Part shown: piece by piece, positions 38,267 through 49,039 of the stretch
Position numbering within the stretch: the first letter of the stretch is position 1
Layout: every line of letters begins with the position of its first letter
Virus record (IMG/VR): IMGVR_UViG_3300032011_002031
Location: 6,277-70,276 of that record
DNA: 64,000 bases
Origin: a virus
Lineage: Duplodnaviria; Caudoviricetes
Direction: 5' to 3' (one strand)
The notes under the pieces: generated by a model
What the model was told of the DNA's origin: nothing
What the model saw: only the letters and a program-made list of their open reading frames with translations
Database searches by the model: none
Translations under genes and position numbers: made by a program

Positions 38267-39840
38267 TGGCAGAACAAATAAAAGATGTAATTAAACAAGA
38301 GTACATTAGGTGTGCAAAAGACCCAGTTTACTTTTTGATGAAGTATTGTATGATACAACATCCAATCAGAGGTAAGATACCATTTGAATTGTATCAGTTT
38401 CAACAAGATACTGTCAGAGAGTTTGTAGACAATAGGTTTAATGTAATCTTAAAAGCTCGACAATTGGGTATCAGTACATTAACTGCTGGTTACTCATTAT
38501 GGTTGATGACATTTTTTCAAGATAAGAATATTCTTGTTATTGCTACCAAACAAGATACTGCTAAGAACCTTGTAACAAAAGTTCGTGTTATGCATGCAAA
38601 CTTACCTTCGTGGTTGAAACAAAGATGTGTTGAGGATAACAAATTGAACCTTAGATACACCAATGGTTCACAAATAAAAGCAAGTGCAAGTGGACCAGAA
38701 GCCGCTCGTTCCGAAGCATTATCATTATTGATATTAGATGAGGCTGCGTTTATTGATAAGATAGATGAGATATGGACTGCATCACAACAAACACTTACAA
38801 CAGGTGGTAGTTGTATTGCGTTATCAACACCTAACGGAGTTGGTAATTGGTTTCATAGAACTTGGGTAGATGCAGAAGAGGGTAGAGGATTATTTAATGA
38901 TATCAAACTTCATTGGACTGTACATCCAGATAGAGAACAAGACTGGAGAGATGAGCAAAATACCTTATTAGGATTACAAGGTGCAGCACAAGAATGTGAT
39001 TGTGATTTTATTACTTCTGGTACTTCAGTTATTGATGGTGTATTATTAGAGAAGATGAAAACAGATGTATGTCAAGACCCAATTGAAAAGAGAGGTATGG
39101 ATGGTAACTTATGGATATGGCAACCACCAAACTATACACGAGATTATATAGTATGTGCTGATGTTGGTAGAGGTGATGGTAAAGATTATAGTGCATTTCA
39201 TGTCATTGATGTGGAGAATGTAGAACAAGTTGCAGAGTACAAAGGTAGGATGAGTACTAAAGATTTTGGTAATATGTTAGTGAGTATTTCAACAGAATAT
39301 AATGATGCTTTACTAATTATAGAAAACAATAACATTGGTTGGGCAACAATCCAACAAGTAATAGATAGGGATTATCCTAATCTATTTTATACAAGCAAAG
39401 ATTTAAAATATGTTGATATGGCACATCAGATGACTAATCGATATAAACAACAAGATAAGAATATGGTGGCTGGATTCAGTACCACTATGAGAACTCGACC
39501 TTTGATTATTGCAAAGTTAGAGGAATATTTTAGGAACGAAGAAGTAGTAGTTCGTTCAAACCGATTGGTAGATGAATTATTTACATTTATTTACCATAAT
39601 AACAGAGCAGAGGCAATGACTGGATACAATGATGATTTAGTTATGTCGTTTGCTATAGGATTATGGGTTCGTGATACAGCATTAAGATTACGAACTGAGG
39701 GTATAGAATTAGTAAAGAAGTCCCTTAATAGTATGTTAGATACTGATGGACTTTATACACCCAGCGAAAATAAAAATGATAGTTGGGAAATGGAAATTGG
39801 AAGAAACAAAGAAAAAGAGGGCTTAGAATGGCTCTTATAA
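38266..39840 (+). CDS. terL: Terminase large subunit (T4 gp17-like)
   Basis: ILKARQLGIST (Walker A), LILDEAAF (Walker B), STPNG, ADVGRG..DYS, NDDLVMS. Confidence 0.95.
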   Translation: MAEQIKDVIKQEYIRCAKDPVYFLMKYCMIQHPIRGKIPFELYQFQQDTVREFVDNRFNVILKARQLGISTLTAGYSLWLMTFFQDKNILVIATKQDTAKNLVTKVRVMHANLPSWLKQRCVEDNKLNLRYTNGSQIKASASGPEAARSEALSLLILDEAAFIDKIDEIWTASQQTLTTGGSCIALSTPNGVGNWFHRTWVDAEEGRGLFNDIKLHWTVHPDREQDWRDEQNTLLGLQGAAQECDCDFITSGTSVIDGVLLEKMKTDVCQDPIEKRGMDGNLWIWQPPNYTRDYIVCADVGRGDGKDYSAFHVIDVENVEQVAEYKGRMSTKDFGNMLVSISTEYNDALLIIENNNIGWATIQQVIDRDYPNLFYTSKDLKYVDMAHQMTNRYKQQDKNMVAGFSTTMRTRPLIIAKLEEYFRNEEVVVRSNRLVDELFTFIYHNNRAEAMTGYNDDLVMSFAIGLWVRDTALRLRTEGIELVKKSLNSMLDTDGLYTPSENKNDSWEMEIGRNKEKEGLEWLL

Positions 39841-39852
39841 GCGAGGTAAAAA

Positions 39853-41661
39853 ATGGCTGATAAAACATTATTTGGTAGATTAAGACGATTATTTAGTACT
39901 AATGTAATCGTAAGAAATGTAGGTGGTAAGAAATTAAAAGTTGCCGATACAGACCAAGTACAAAAACAAGTAAAATCACATCTTGTAGATAGATATTCTA
40001 AACTACATAGTGGGTTGGAAATGAATAATACTGGTTATTCTTCATATGCACAACTACAAGCTGCAAGGACTGGATTGTTTAAGGATTATGAATCAATGGA
40101 GAGTGATTCTATAATTGCATCTGCACTTGATATCTATTCAGATGAATCAACAATGAAAAATCCATATGGTGAAGTATTAGAAGTACAGAGTGATGATAAT
40201 AATATAAAAGAAATTCTACATAACTTATTTTATGATATTATGAATATAGAGTTTAATCTTTGGCCTTGGATAAGAAACTTAACCAAGTATGGAGATTTTT
40301 TCTTGTACTTAGATGTACAAGATAAGTTCGGTATTACAAATGTAGTTCCTTTATCACCTTATGAGTTAATTCGTTCAGAGGGAGAGAATCCAGAAAATCC
40401 ATATTATACTAAATTTTATTTAGAAGCAATGGAAAATGCACATCCTTACTTTGCTAGAAGTAGTAAAAACCAAAAGATTGAATTTGAAAACTTTCAAGTT
40501 GCTCATTTTAGATTAGCTAATGATAGTAATCTATTACCTTATGGTAAATCAATGTTAGAAAGTGCTCGTAAAGTATGGAAACAGATTACATTGATGGAAG
40601 ATGCTATGTTAATCCATAGAATTATGAGAGCACCAGAAAAGAGAGTATTCAAGATTGATATCGGAAATATTCCACCAAACGAAGTTGATAATTATATGCA
40701 AAGAATTATTAACAAGATGAAGAAAACACCATTCATTGATGAGAACACTGGTGATTATAACTTGAAGTTCAACATACAGAACTTAACAGAGGATTTCTTC
40801 TTGCCAGTTCGTGGTGGGGATAGTGGTACACAGATAGAGAATATGCCTGGTATGCAATATGAAACCACAGAGGATATAGAATATTTGAAGAATCGTATGC
40901 TAGCAGCATTGCATGTTCCAAAAGCATTCTTAGGATATGAGGAATCACTTGGAAGTAAAGCAACATTGGCTGCAGAAGATGTAAGGTTTGCTAGAACGAT
41001 TGAAAGAATACAAAGAATCGTAGTTAGTGAATTAACAAAGATTGCAGTTGTTCATTTATATTCACAAGGATATACAGATGCACAATTAGTAAACTTTGAA
41101 TTGAAGTTAACTAATCCATCTACAATCTATGAACAAGAAAAAATTGAATTATGGAGTAACAAAGTTAACCTTGCTCGTGATATGAAAGATAATTCATTAT
41201 TACCAAGTGATTGGATTTATAAAAATGTGTTTAACTTTTCAGATGACCAAATTAAAAACCTTGAAAAAGGATTGGTTGATGACCAAAAAGAGAAGTTTAG
41301 ATATTCTCAGATTGAAATGGAGGGTAATGACCCACAAGAAAGTGGAGAAGCAGTTGGAACACCAAGTGATATGGCAACCGCAGACCCAGAACAAGATGGA
41401 GACCCAACACCAGCAGGTTCAGTATTTGACCAAGAAGAAGTTGCAGATGGTGTAGGTAGACCAAAAGAAGTACCGAGTTATGGTAAAGATGGTAGTGCTC
41501 GTGATAGAGACCCACTCGGTAAACATAATAAACAAATGGCTTTAGCCCATTATGATGCGTTAAAAAAATCATTTGGAAGTAAAGCAAAAGAAATCCTTAG
41601 TGAGACTAGGGAAATAGATGAATTAAATAAGGAATATAAAGAATTTACGGACGATAAATAA
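39853..41661 (+). CDS. gp20: Portal protein (T4 gp20-like)
   Basis: ALDIYSDE, YGDFF, EDAMLIHRIMRAPEKRVFKIDIGNIPP, EDFFLPVRGG, LHVPKAFL. Confidence 0.95.
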   Translation: MADKTLFGRLRRLFSTNVIVRNVGGKKLKVADTDQVQKQVKSHLVDRYSKLHSGLEMNNTGYSSYAQLQAARTGLFKDYESMESDSIIASALDIYSDESTMKNPYGEVLEVQSDDNNIKEILHNLFYDIMNIEFNLWPWIRNLTKYGDFFLYLDVQDKFGITNVVPLSPYELIRSEGENPENPYYTKFYLEAMENAHPYFARSSKNQKIEFENFQVAHFRLANDSNLLPYGKSMLESARKVWKQITLMEDAMLIHRIMRAPEKRVFKIDIGNIPPNEVDNYMQRIINKMKKTPFIDENTGDYNLKFNIQNLTEDFFLPVRGGDSGTQIENMPGMQYETTEDIEYLKNRMLAALHVPKAFLGYEESLGSKATLAAEDVRFARTIERIQRIVVSELTKIAVVHLYSQGYTDAQLVNFELKLTNPSTIYEQEKIELWSNKVNLARDMKDNSLLPSDWIYKNVFNFSDDQIKNLEKGLVDDQKEKFRYSQIEMEGNDPQESGEAVGTPSDMATADPEQDGDPTPAGSVFDQEEVADGVGRPKEVPSYGKDGSARDRDPLGKHNKQMALAHYDALKKSFGSKAKEILSETREIDELNKEYKEFTDDK

Positions 41662-41679
41662 TTATTATTTGAAGTTTTT

Positions 41680-41687
41680 ATATTTAT
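41680..41687 (+). promoter_or_regulatory. ATATTTAT putative late promoter element
   Basis: Intergenic, upstream of GGAG and ATG 41721. Confidence 0.55.
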
Positions 41688-41720
41688 ATATGGTACGAAT
41701 ATTTAACAATGGAGTGTTTG

Positions 41721-42584
41721 ATGTCAAGCAATAAAAAGCATAGTAAAATAAAAAATACAGGTATATTATTCGAACTTTTAACGAGACAGATTACTGTCGA
41801 TGTGTTAAATAGTTCAAATGAATCATCTGCAATTAAAATTCTTAAAGAATTTTTCAATCCTAAGACAGAACTTGGGAAAGAATATGAACTTTATAAGATA
41901 CTTTTAGAAAAAAAGTATGGAAAAAGTGAACAAGCTAATATATTAATAGAAGCTGTAACAAAAAATCGTAGAAGATTATCTAATCGTAGATTAAAAAACG
42001 AAAAGTATAATTTAATTAAAACGATTAAAGAAAATTATTCAGTAGTTGATTTCTTCAACACAAAAATACCAAATTATAAAGTTTTGGCATCAATTTATAA
42101 TGTATTTGAAATGGAATCATCTAAAGAAAAGATTACACCAGTTGAGGAAACTGATAGTAAAGTTACTATTATTGAAAATATTTGTACCGAACAAAAAAAT
42201 AAACCAAAGAAAAAATCTATTGTGGAATCACAAGAAAAAGATTTGCGTTTACTAACTTATCAATTATTAGTTGATAAATTTAATAAAAAATATAGTAATC
42301 TAAATGAAAGTCAAAGAAATTTATTGAGAGAATACATAAACAATCTTTCAAATACTAATTCTCTTAGAGAGTTCATCGATACTGAAGTTATAAAAGTTAA
42401 AAAAATCTTAAAAGCTCACTTAAATAAAGTGAATGATAAGATAACTAAAATAAAATTAAGTGAAGCAATCACACATACAGAAAATTCTACTACTGGTAAG
42501 TTTGTAAAAGATTCGCATGTTGTTTCATTGATGAGGTATTACGAGCTTATTAAGGAGTTAGATAATGTCCACAAAATTAAATAA
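41721..42584 (+). CDS. Hypothetical head-module protein
   Basis: KHSKIKNTGILFELL; position directly after portal; SD GGAG 41711. Confidence 0.65.
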   Translation: MSSNKKHSKIKNTGILFELLTRQITVDVLNSSNESSAIKILKEFFNPKTELGKEYELYKILLEKKYGKSEQANILIEAVTKNRRRLSNRRLKNEKYNLIKTIKENYSVVDFFNTKIPNYKVLASIYNVFEMESSKEKITPVEETDSKVTIIENICTEQKNKPKKKSIVESQEKDLRLLTYQLLVDKFNKKYSNLNESQRNLLREYINNLSNTNSLREFIDTEVIKVKKILKAHLNKVNDKITKIKLSEAITHTENSTTGKFVKDSHVVSLMRYYELIKELDNVHKIK

Positions 42585-43218
42585 AAACCAATTTATAGAA
42601 GCTCTTCGAAAACTTATAAGAAAAGAAATAGAAGAGGCATCAACAACTGCTTCAGCAGGTGGTAACCAAGGTCAAGGTATCCATTATGATACACCAAAAG
42701 CATTTGCTAGTGGTTCAGACGAGGGTAAAGGTCATCCAACAGATGGAGAAGTAGGTGGATATACAAAGGCAGAACAAGTAAATGAAGTAATGTTTGCGGT
42801 TAAGATTAGTAAAGATGGTAGTGAATTACAAACTATCGTTGGTGCATCATCTAAAGGACAAGCTAAAACAAAAGTTGCTAGAATGTTAAAAGGTGGAATG
42901 AAAGATATCATTGGTGTATCAAGAATACAACCAGCATTTGGTAAACAAATTGATAAAAAAATTGAAAATGTAAGTGAAGGTCGTTATCATCAATATCGTA
43001 ATGATGATTCTTTAACTGCAAAACAAAAGATTGGTCATTCAATGAGAGAGGTTAGGGATAAACTAACTGAATTAAGTAAACTTATTGATATGAATGTTAA
43101 ATTAAAGAATGAGTTAAGTGTTGATTCAAAATCATATTGGAAGAACACACATAAAGCAATGAGTAAAATATCAGAACGATTAGTAAAACTCGCTAATAAA
43201 GTAGGGAAACTGCAATGA
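42565..43218 (+). CDS. Modular head-region protein (candidate internal/core protein)
   Basis: Segments bounded by IEE, VNE, VSE. Confidence 0.6.
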   Translation: MSTKLNKNQFIEALRKLIRKEIEEASTTASAGGNQGQGIHYDTPKAFASGSDEGKGHPTDGEVGGYTKAEQVNEVMFAVKISKDGSELQTIVGASSKGQAKTKVARMLKGGMKDIIGVSRIQPAFGKQIDKKIENVSEGRYHQYRNDDSLTAKQKIGHSMREVRDKLTELSKLIDMNVKLKNELSVDSKSYWKNTHKAMSKISERLVKLANKVGKLQ

Positions 43219-44318
43219 ACGATAAATATTTAAAAGAATCAATGGATATACTAAATAGAAAATTTGGTGAACCATTACCAACACTTGAGGATACTACAAA
43301 AGCTTATCAAGAGATAAAGTTTGGTTCAAAAGCACAATATGATAAGTATAAGAAACAACACAAAATTAGACCTGGTACTGAAATTGATATTGATGGTAAA
43401 AAATCTAAAGAAAAAGGTGATGTAAAAGATGTAAAACCAGATAAAAAAATTGATAAACAAACATCTAAAGCAGCAGATGATGCAAATGAAAAAATGGCAA
43501 TGGCAGATGTACCAAATATTCGTATTCAACAAATTACAAATGCAGACGTAGATGTTATCAAACCAGACCATATAGCTAAAACACATAAAGCTTTGAAAAA
43601 AGCTGGTAGTAATAAAGCTGATAAATTTAAAGAATTGGGTGATGCATATGCACAAGCAGAAAAGGATAGAACTAAAGAATATCGTAAATATTATAAAAAG
43701 GACGAACCAAACGATTCTGAAGCTAATAAAAAAGCAAGAAAAGCATTTGAAGATGGTGATGACAAAGTATCAAAATTAGGTTCTGAAATGCAAAAACTTT
43801 TGGGTAAAAAAGATTTGAACAAAAGAGTAAAAGAAAATAATGTAGCACTTACTGAAAACCCAATAGTTGCAGCGACTGTAATGCATATGACAAAGATGAA
43901 TATGAAAAACCCTAAAACTGGTAGAACTATTAAAGCAATCACACCATTAAAAAATAAAGAACACCCATTACATAAGAAATCAAAGGGTATTTTTGATAAG
44001 ATTAAAGATGCTATGAAAAAGAAAAAGAAAGTAGAACCTAAAAAACAATCTAAATCAGATGCTGATTTCTATAAAAAACAATTCACTGGTGAAGTAACAG
44101 AGGGACCAGATGATAAAAGGTCTGCAAGAAGAGTATTATCAAAGATTGCTAAAACGGAAACAAAATTTAGAAAAGAAATGTATGAATTAGAACAAGCATT
44201 TCTACAAGACCCACGAACTGAAAATAAACAAGCAGCAAAAGACATAAAGAAAGCATATAAAGATGGGGTAACAAAGTTTATGAGAGATTCAGTTAAACTG
44301 ATTAAAGGGATGAAATAA
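43215..44318 (+). CDS. Modular K/D/E-rich head-region protein
   Basis: MNDKYLKE leader; internal LTE and VTE. Confidence 0.6.
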   Translation: MNDKYLKESMDILNRKFGEPLPTLEDTTKAYQEIKFGSKAQYDKYKKQHKIRPGTEIDIDGKKSKEKGDVKDVKPDKKIDKQTSKAADDANEKMAMADVPNIRIQQITNADVDVIKPDHIAKTHKALKKAGSNKADKFKELGDAYAQAEKDRTKEYRKYYKKDEPNDSEANKKARKAFEDGDDKVSKLGSEMQKLLGKKDLNKRVKENNVALTENPIVAATVMHMTKMNMKNPKTGRTIKAITPLKNKEHPLHKKSKGIFDKIKDAMKKKKKVEPKKQSKSDADFYKKQFTGEVTEGPDDKRSARRVLSKIAKTETKFRKEMYELEQAFLQDPRTENKQAAKDIKKAYKDGVTKFMRDSVKLIKGMK

Positions 44319-44319
44319 A

Positions 44320-44943
44320 ATGAAAAACTTAATTGTAGATTATATACCTTTTGAGATATCAAGAAACCAAATTCAAGAATCAATTAAAGAGAATGATGGT
44401 AAATTGGTAGTTAAAGGTGTATTACAAAGAGCAGATGCAAAGAATCAAAATGGAAGAGTATATCCAATGGAGATTCTAACAAGAGAAGCAAAGAATTATG
44501 ACGATGGATTTATTAAACAGAAAAGAGCATTAGGTGAACTTGACCATCCAGATTCATCAGTAGTTAATCTACAAAATGTATCTCACAACATTACAGAGAT
44601 GCACTTTGAGGGTGATAGTTTAGTTGGGACAGTAGAAATCTTAACAACACCAAGTGGAAACATTTTAAGAGAGTTATTTAAGAATGGTATCAAGTTAGGT
44701 ATCAGTTCTCGTGGTATGGGTTCAGTTGAGGCAGTACAAGAAGCAGATAGTAAAACACCAGTGATGAAAGTTGGACAGGATTTTGAATTAATCGCATTTG
44801 ATTTCGTATCAAATCCATCAACACACGGAGCTTTTTTACATCCAGTCAATGAGGGTGTATCACAACCACAAACACAAGGTAGAACTTGTGGTACTTATTG
44901 TAAAGCAGAAGATATAATTAACAAAATTATAAGAGGAGAGTAA
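44320..44943 (+). CDS. gp21: Prohead core protease (T4 gp21-like)
   Basis: NQNGRVYP, LGELDHP, SHNI, GISSRGMGS, FDFVSNPS. Confidence 0.95.
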   Translation: MKNLIVDYIPFEISRNQIQESIKENDGKLVVKGVLQRADAKNQNGRVYPMEILTREAKNYDDGFIKQKRALGELDHPDSSVVNLQNVSHNITEMHFEGDSLVGTVEILTTPSGNILRELFKNGIKLGISSRGMGSVEAVQEADSKTPVMKVGQDFELIAFDFVSNPSTHGAFLHPVNEGVSQPQTQGRTCGTYCKAEDIINKIIRGE

Positions 44944-44944
44944 G

Positions 44945-45151
44945 ATGCCTGGATTAGAAGAAATGCCAATACCAGATAATGGTAAAATAGAACAACCTAG
45001 CTATACAGAATTAGCAGATGGTGCAGATGCAGTAACACCACAAACGGGTAAAAAGGGATTAGATACATTTGCTATACCAGATAATGGTAAAGCTAATACA
45101 ACATTTGGAGATGGAACTGCAGGTTCTAATCCAAACCCAATTGGTGGCTAA
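44945..45151 (+). CDS. 68-aa protein with internal IPDNGK duplication
   Basis: GLEEMPIPDNGK / GLDTFAIPDNGK; SD GGAG. Confidence 0.55.
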   Translation: MPGLEEMPIPDNGKIEQPSYTELADGADAVTPQTGKKGLDTFAIPDNGKANTTFGDGTAGSNPNPIGG

Positions 45152-46350
45152 TGCCTTCCAAATCAAAAGCCCAACAAAAATTTATGGGAATAGTTCACGC
45201 CTTTAATAAGGGTGAATTAAAAAGTTCAGAGGTTAGTAAACAAGTAAAAGATGTTGCTAAATCTATGAAGAAGAAAGATACAAAAGATTTTGCAAAAACA
45301 AAACACAAGGGATTACCTAATAAAGTGACACAAGAATGGTTAAAGAAAACAATTAGAGAACTCGTAGATGAAGAGTTAAACCTTGAGGGTACTTGTGGGT
45401 ATGGTGAAGATGGTGTCTTAGGTGATGAACCTGCTGGTCCACATTTGTTGAAGAAAAAGAAAAACGAAAGTGCATCTGAAAAGAAAAAAATTCACGCATT
45501 AATGGTTAAACGAGGTGATAATCCTAAAGATGCTCAAGATTCTTTAGATAAAGTTTATGATTTTATAAAGAAAGCATATAGAAGAGCATCAGTTGCAAAG
45601 AAAGCAGAAATCGTTTCATCATTATCTAAATACGAATCTAAACAATTTAAAAAAGTAGTTGTATCAGAGGGTGTAAGAGCAACAAAAGCTTATAATCAAT
45701 TCCAAAAATCTCGTATTAATTTCTTAGAGAGATGGGGTAAACTTAAAAAACAATTAAATACTTTAAAAACTGAATCACCTAATGATGAATATTTAAGATT
45801 AGAAAAACAATTATATAAATTTGAAACTTCATTCATAGAAAATTCAGCTAAGATGATGGGTTCTCTTTCAAAGATATCAAAGAGTAATTTAACGGAAAGT
45901 TATACTTCTAATATGATGAGAGATATTCGTAAAGGTGGAACTGCAGGACCTTGGACTATTATTGTAAGTAAAAACAATAGTATAAAGAGAACCACTATGG
46001 TGAAAAATTTAAAAGAAATCCCAGCATATATGAGTGATATAAAGAAAAAATTTCCAAATCATAAGATTGGTATAGAGTCCAAAGGTGGTAAGATAGTTTA
46101 CAGAGAATCCATAAATGAGGAAGTTACCAAATCAAAAGGTGTTCAAAAGATTTTTGATATACAAAAAAATGGTTATGGAAAACTTGGTGGTAGAACATTA
46201 GATAGTTTAAGTGCTGGATTATTCACACAACTATATGATAAAGCCAGTGACCCAATAAAAGAAAAGATGAATAAACTAAACGAAAAAAGACTCTACATAG
46301 TAATTGGGAATATGTGGAAGAAGTTCGGTAAAAATGTGAGTTTAAGATAA
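45151..46350 (+). CDS. Modular head-region protein
   Basis: N-terminal MPSKSKAQQKFMG...HKGLP module; internal VDE, VSE, LTE, INE. Confidence 0.65.
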   Translation: MPSKSKAQQKFMGIVHAFNKGELKSSEVSKQVKDVAKSMKKKDTKDFAKTKHKGLPNKVTQEWLKKTIRELVDEELNLEGTCGYGEDGVLGDEPAGPHLLKKKKNESASEKKKIHALMVKRGDNPKDAQDSLDKVYDFIKKAYRRASVAKKAEIVSSLSKYESKQFKKVVVSEGVRATKAYNQFQKSRINFLERWGKLKKQLNTLKTESPNDEYLRLEKQLYKFETSFIENSAKMMGSLSKISKSNLTESYTSNMMRDIRKGGTAGPWTIIVSKNNSIKRTTMVKNLKEIPAYMSDIKKKFPNHKIGIESKGGKIVYRESINEEVTKSKGVQKIFDIQKNGYGKLGGRTLDSLSAGLFTQLYDKASDPIKEKMNKLNEKRLYIVIGNMWKKFGKNVSLR

Positions 46351-47339
46351 TGATAAAATTAAAAGATATAATCAAAGAATCAAAGGTATCGTATTTAACT
46401 GAGGCTTTTAAAAGTAAACTATTAAGAAAATTTTCTATGAATAATAGAGGTTCGTTAGATAGAGATTTATATAGTTACTTGGCAAAATTGGGTGTAGAAG
46501 CAAGTAAGATTGAAGATGGTCAAATTACAAAACAATCTAAATTACCTGGTAAGGGTGTTGCAATTGCAGTAGCAAGTAAGAAAGTAACTCTTCGAGCAAA
46601 AGGTAATAGATATTGGGAATCTAATTTAGAAATAGATAAGGGAACAATTGTAAGTGTATTCAAAGATGGTAAATCATTATGGTACACAAAATCTTGGAGA
46701 AGTAAAGATATTCAAGTAAAAAATCCTACAGCGTATGGTTCTGAAGATATGAAAACATTCGGTTTAAATAAATACGGATGGCAAAGTCCAGCATCAGTTA
46801 AAAAAATAGATGGTATTGAATTTTATAAAATCTCACTTGAGGAAGATATGCCTTATATGGGTGCTTCAAAATTAAGAAAATTAAGGTCAAGTGTTAAAGA
46901 TGGTTCTTGGGAATGGAGAACTGATAAAGATTTCCAATATGAAAACGAAAGAAGATATGAAGATGCATTAAAGAATATCTACAATGACCCAGCAAAAGTA
47001 AAAAGTGTAATTATGAAAACAAAAGATTATGCTAATAAACTAATTGTTGGATTAGTAGGTGGTAAACCAAATACACATTCTGATAAAATAATGGCTGGTA
47101 AAAAGTTAGACCCTACCAACGAGGGTGATGTAATGAGAGCATTAAGTGATATCACAACCGCTATGAATAAGTTTTATGAAAAGATAGATTCTTATCATAT
47201 GGATTTAAAAAGAGATATAGAAGATAAAAAAAGAAATCCTGATAATCCATATATGGGATTCAACGCACAAAGAGTAGGAAAACAAATTGGTAGTATGTCC
47301 AATACTATTACTTCAGGTGCATTTGCAAGAATTTGGTAA
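46350..47339 (+). CDS. Hypothetical protein with MIKLKDIIKE leader
   Basis: Leader followed by YLTE. Confidence 0.65.
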   Translation: MIKLKDIIKESKVSYLTEAFKSKLLRKFSMNNRGSLDRDLYSYLAKLGVEASKIEDGQITKQSKLPGKGVAIAVASKKVTLRAKGNRYWESNLEIDKGTIVSVFKDGKSLWYTKSWRSKDIQVKNPTAYGSEDMKTFGLNKYGWQSPASVKKIDGIEFYKISLEEDMPYMGASKLRKLRSSVKDGSWEWRTDKDFQYENERRYEDALKNIYNDPAKVKSVIMKTKDYANKLIVGLVGGKPNTHSDKIMAGKKLDPTNEGDVMRALSDITTAMNKFYEKIDSYHMDLKRDIEDKKRNPDNPYMGFNAQRVGKQIGSMSNTITSGAFARIW

Positions 47340-47340
47340 A

Positions 47341-47895
47341 ATGATTAAGTTAAAGGATTTAATAGTAGAGATTGTATTTCCAGATGACTTTATGAAAGAA
47401 ATAAAGAGAGCTGAAAAAGCAACTGGTAAAAAATTTAAAGTACCATCAAGTACAAAAAAACTTTGTATGATGGCAAAAAAGGATGGTTTTCATAAAATAG
47501 ATTATACTGGTAAACCAGGTAAGGCAAGAAAACCAGATTCATTAATGTATCAAGGGTATGCATTTATAATGGGATGGGGACATACCAAGTACAAGAACCC
47601 GTGGGATTGGAGAAGTGATAGAAGCCAACCAGTTCTACAGAACATTCAAAACTCAAGTATTTATACGAGTTTGTTTGATTATGATTTTTTACAATATCAT
47701 GTCACTACAGATTTACAAGCATCACAAGTGGTTGCTAATATCAGACCTGGTTCAAAAGATGAAGAACCAGCATACTATTTAGTTAAGGATTATTTAAATA
47801 GTTTTGGTACTCGTGGTAAGAGTCGTAGAGATGAAGAGATATTGATTAATAAAGTAGATTGGTGGTTAAAGAAAAACAAAGTAGAAACACGATGA
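47341..47895 (+). CDS. Hypothetical protein with MIKLKDLIVE leader
   Basis: ATG 47341 follows the upstream stop; leader DNA nearly identical to 47892. Confidence 0.65.
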   Translation: MIKLKDLIVEIVFPDDFMKEIKRAEKATGKKFKVPSSTKKLCMMAKKDGFHKIDYTGKPGKARKPDSLMYQGYAFIMGWGHTKYKNPWDWRSDRSQPVLQNIQNSSIYTSLFDYDFLQYHVTTDLQASQVVANIRPGSKDEEPAYYLVKDYLNSFGTRGKSRRDEEILINKVDWWLKKNKVETR

Positions 47896-48590
47896 TTAAG
47901 TTAAAAGATTTAATAAAAGAGGATTGTGGATGTGGTTGCGGTGGTTGTGAAACTAACCTAAACGAAAGTGTAACCAATATAGATTTACCACAAGGAATGG
48001 AGATGGGTAAAATCTTCACAGGTGGTGGTTTTGCGTTTAAACCAGAGAACTTAGATAAAGAACAAGTTAATGAATTTTCTATGAACCCATCAGCAGTTAA
48101 AAAGATGAGAGATGAATTTAAAAAGACAGGTGAATTACCACCACACTTAAAGAAGTTTGCAAAAGATTTAAAGAAATTTAAGGTAAAACACAAAGTAAAA
48201 AATATTGTTGTACCTGGTTTAGAGTGGATGTCCGATATAAAAGAGGATGAACAAGAAGAGAACGATTATCTTGGTAAAGATTATATTAAAAACGAATCTC
48301 TTTATAATGTAACTCAAGATATGAAAGATGGAAAGTTCGATGTTAAGAATCCACAAGTACAAATATCAGGATATGGTGTAACAAATTTAAAGACATTACA
48401 AGATAGTTTATCACGAAAGTTTACAGATTTAGCTAAAAAAGCCAAAAAGGGTGATGTTGAAAATATCGAATACATATTGAAAAAGAATGGAGTTCTTATG
48501 GGATTTGTTGAAGCGTTAGTTAATGCAAACAAAGAATTATCATCTTCAACAATGAAAAGAAAAATTACTATGTATAAGAGGAAAAGATAG
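47892..48590 (+). CDS. Modular protein with MIKLKDLIKE leader and CGCGCGGC motif
   Basis: ATGA overlap; internal LNE, VNE, IKE. Confidence 0.65.
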   Translation: MIKLKDLIKEDCGCGCGGCETNLNESVTNIDLPQGMEMGKIFTGGGFAFKPENLDKEQVNEFSMNPSAVKKMRDEFKKTGELPPHLKKFAKDLKKFKVKHKVKNIVVPGLEWMSDIKEDEQEENDYLGKDYIKNESLYNVTQDMKDGKFDVKNPQVQISGYGVTNLKTLQDSLSRKFTDLAKKAKKGDVENIEYILKKNGVLMGFVEALVNANKELSSSTMKRKITMYKRKR

Positions 48591-49009
48591 TGAATAACAA
48601 GATGTGGAATCAATGGAAAGATTGGAGACTTGAAGAACAAGATGTAGATACTCTTGATGAATTAGTACAAGTATTAGTAGAGTTAGATGGATATACAGGT
48701 CCTAAACCAAAGGGAAAGTTTAATCCAGCAATGATGAAGTATTCTAATCGAGAAGCTAAAAGATTTGCAGAAGATGATGTAAAACAAATGGGAAAAGAAT
48801 TAAATAAGGCTTCACAAAAATCAATCAAGATAATGTTGGGTAGTGTTAAAAATGGTAAGTATGATGCTATGGATATAATTCGTGCAATTAAATCGGGTGG
48901 TAGTAGAGCAGGAGATACAAGTGCAGGAGTACCTGAGATGTTGAATGTTTTGTGGAGTAAAGTAGAAAAAAGATTTCGTAAATATTTAGGCGGTAAAAAG
49001 CGAAGATAG
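48590..49009 (+). CDS. Hypothetical protein
   Basis: GTG start abutting the upstream stop; LEE at aa 14-16. Confidence 0.6.
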   Translation: MNNKMWNQWKDWRLEEQDVDTLDELVQVLVELDGYTGPKPKGKFNPAMMKYSNREAKRFAEDDVKQMGKELNKASQKSIKIMLGSVKNGKYDAMDIIRAIKSGGSRAGDTSAGVPEMLNVLWSKVEKRFRKYLGGKKRR

Positions 49010-49011
49010 TG

Positions 49012-49019
49012 ATATTTAT
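49012..49019 (+). promoter_or_regulatory. ATATTTAT putative late promoter element
   Basis: Intergenic, upstream of AAGGAG and ATG 49040. Confidence 0.55.
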
Positions 49020-49039
49020 TACCGACAAAGGAGAATGTA

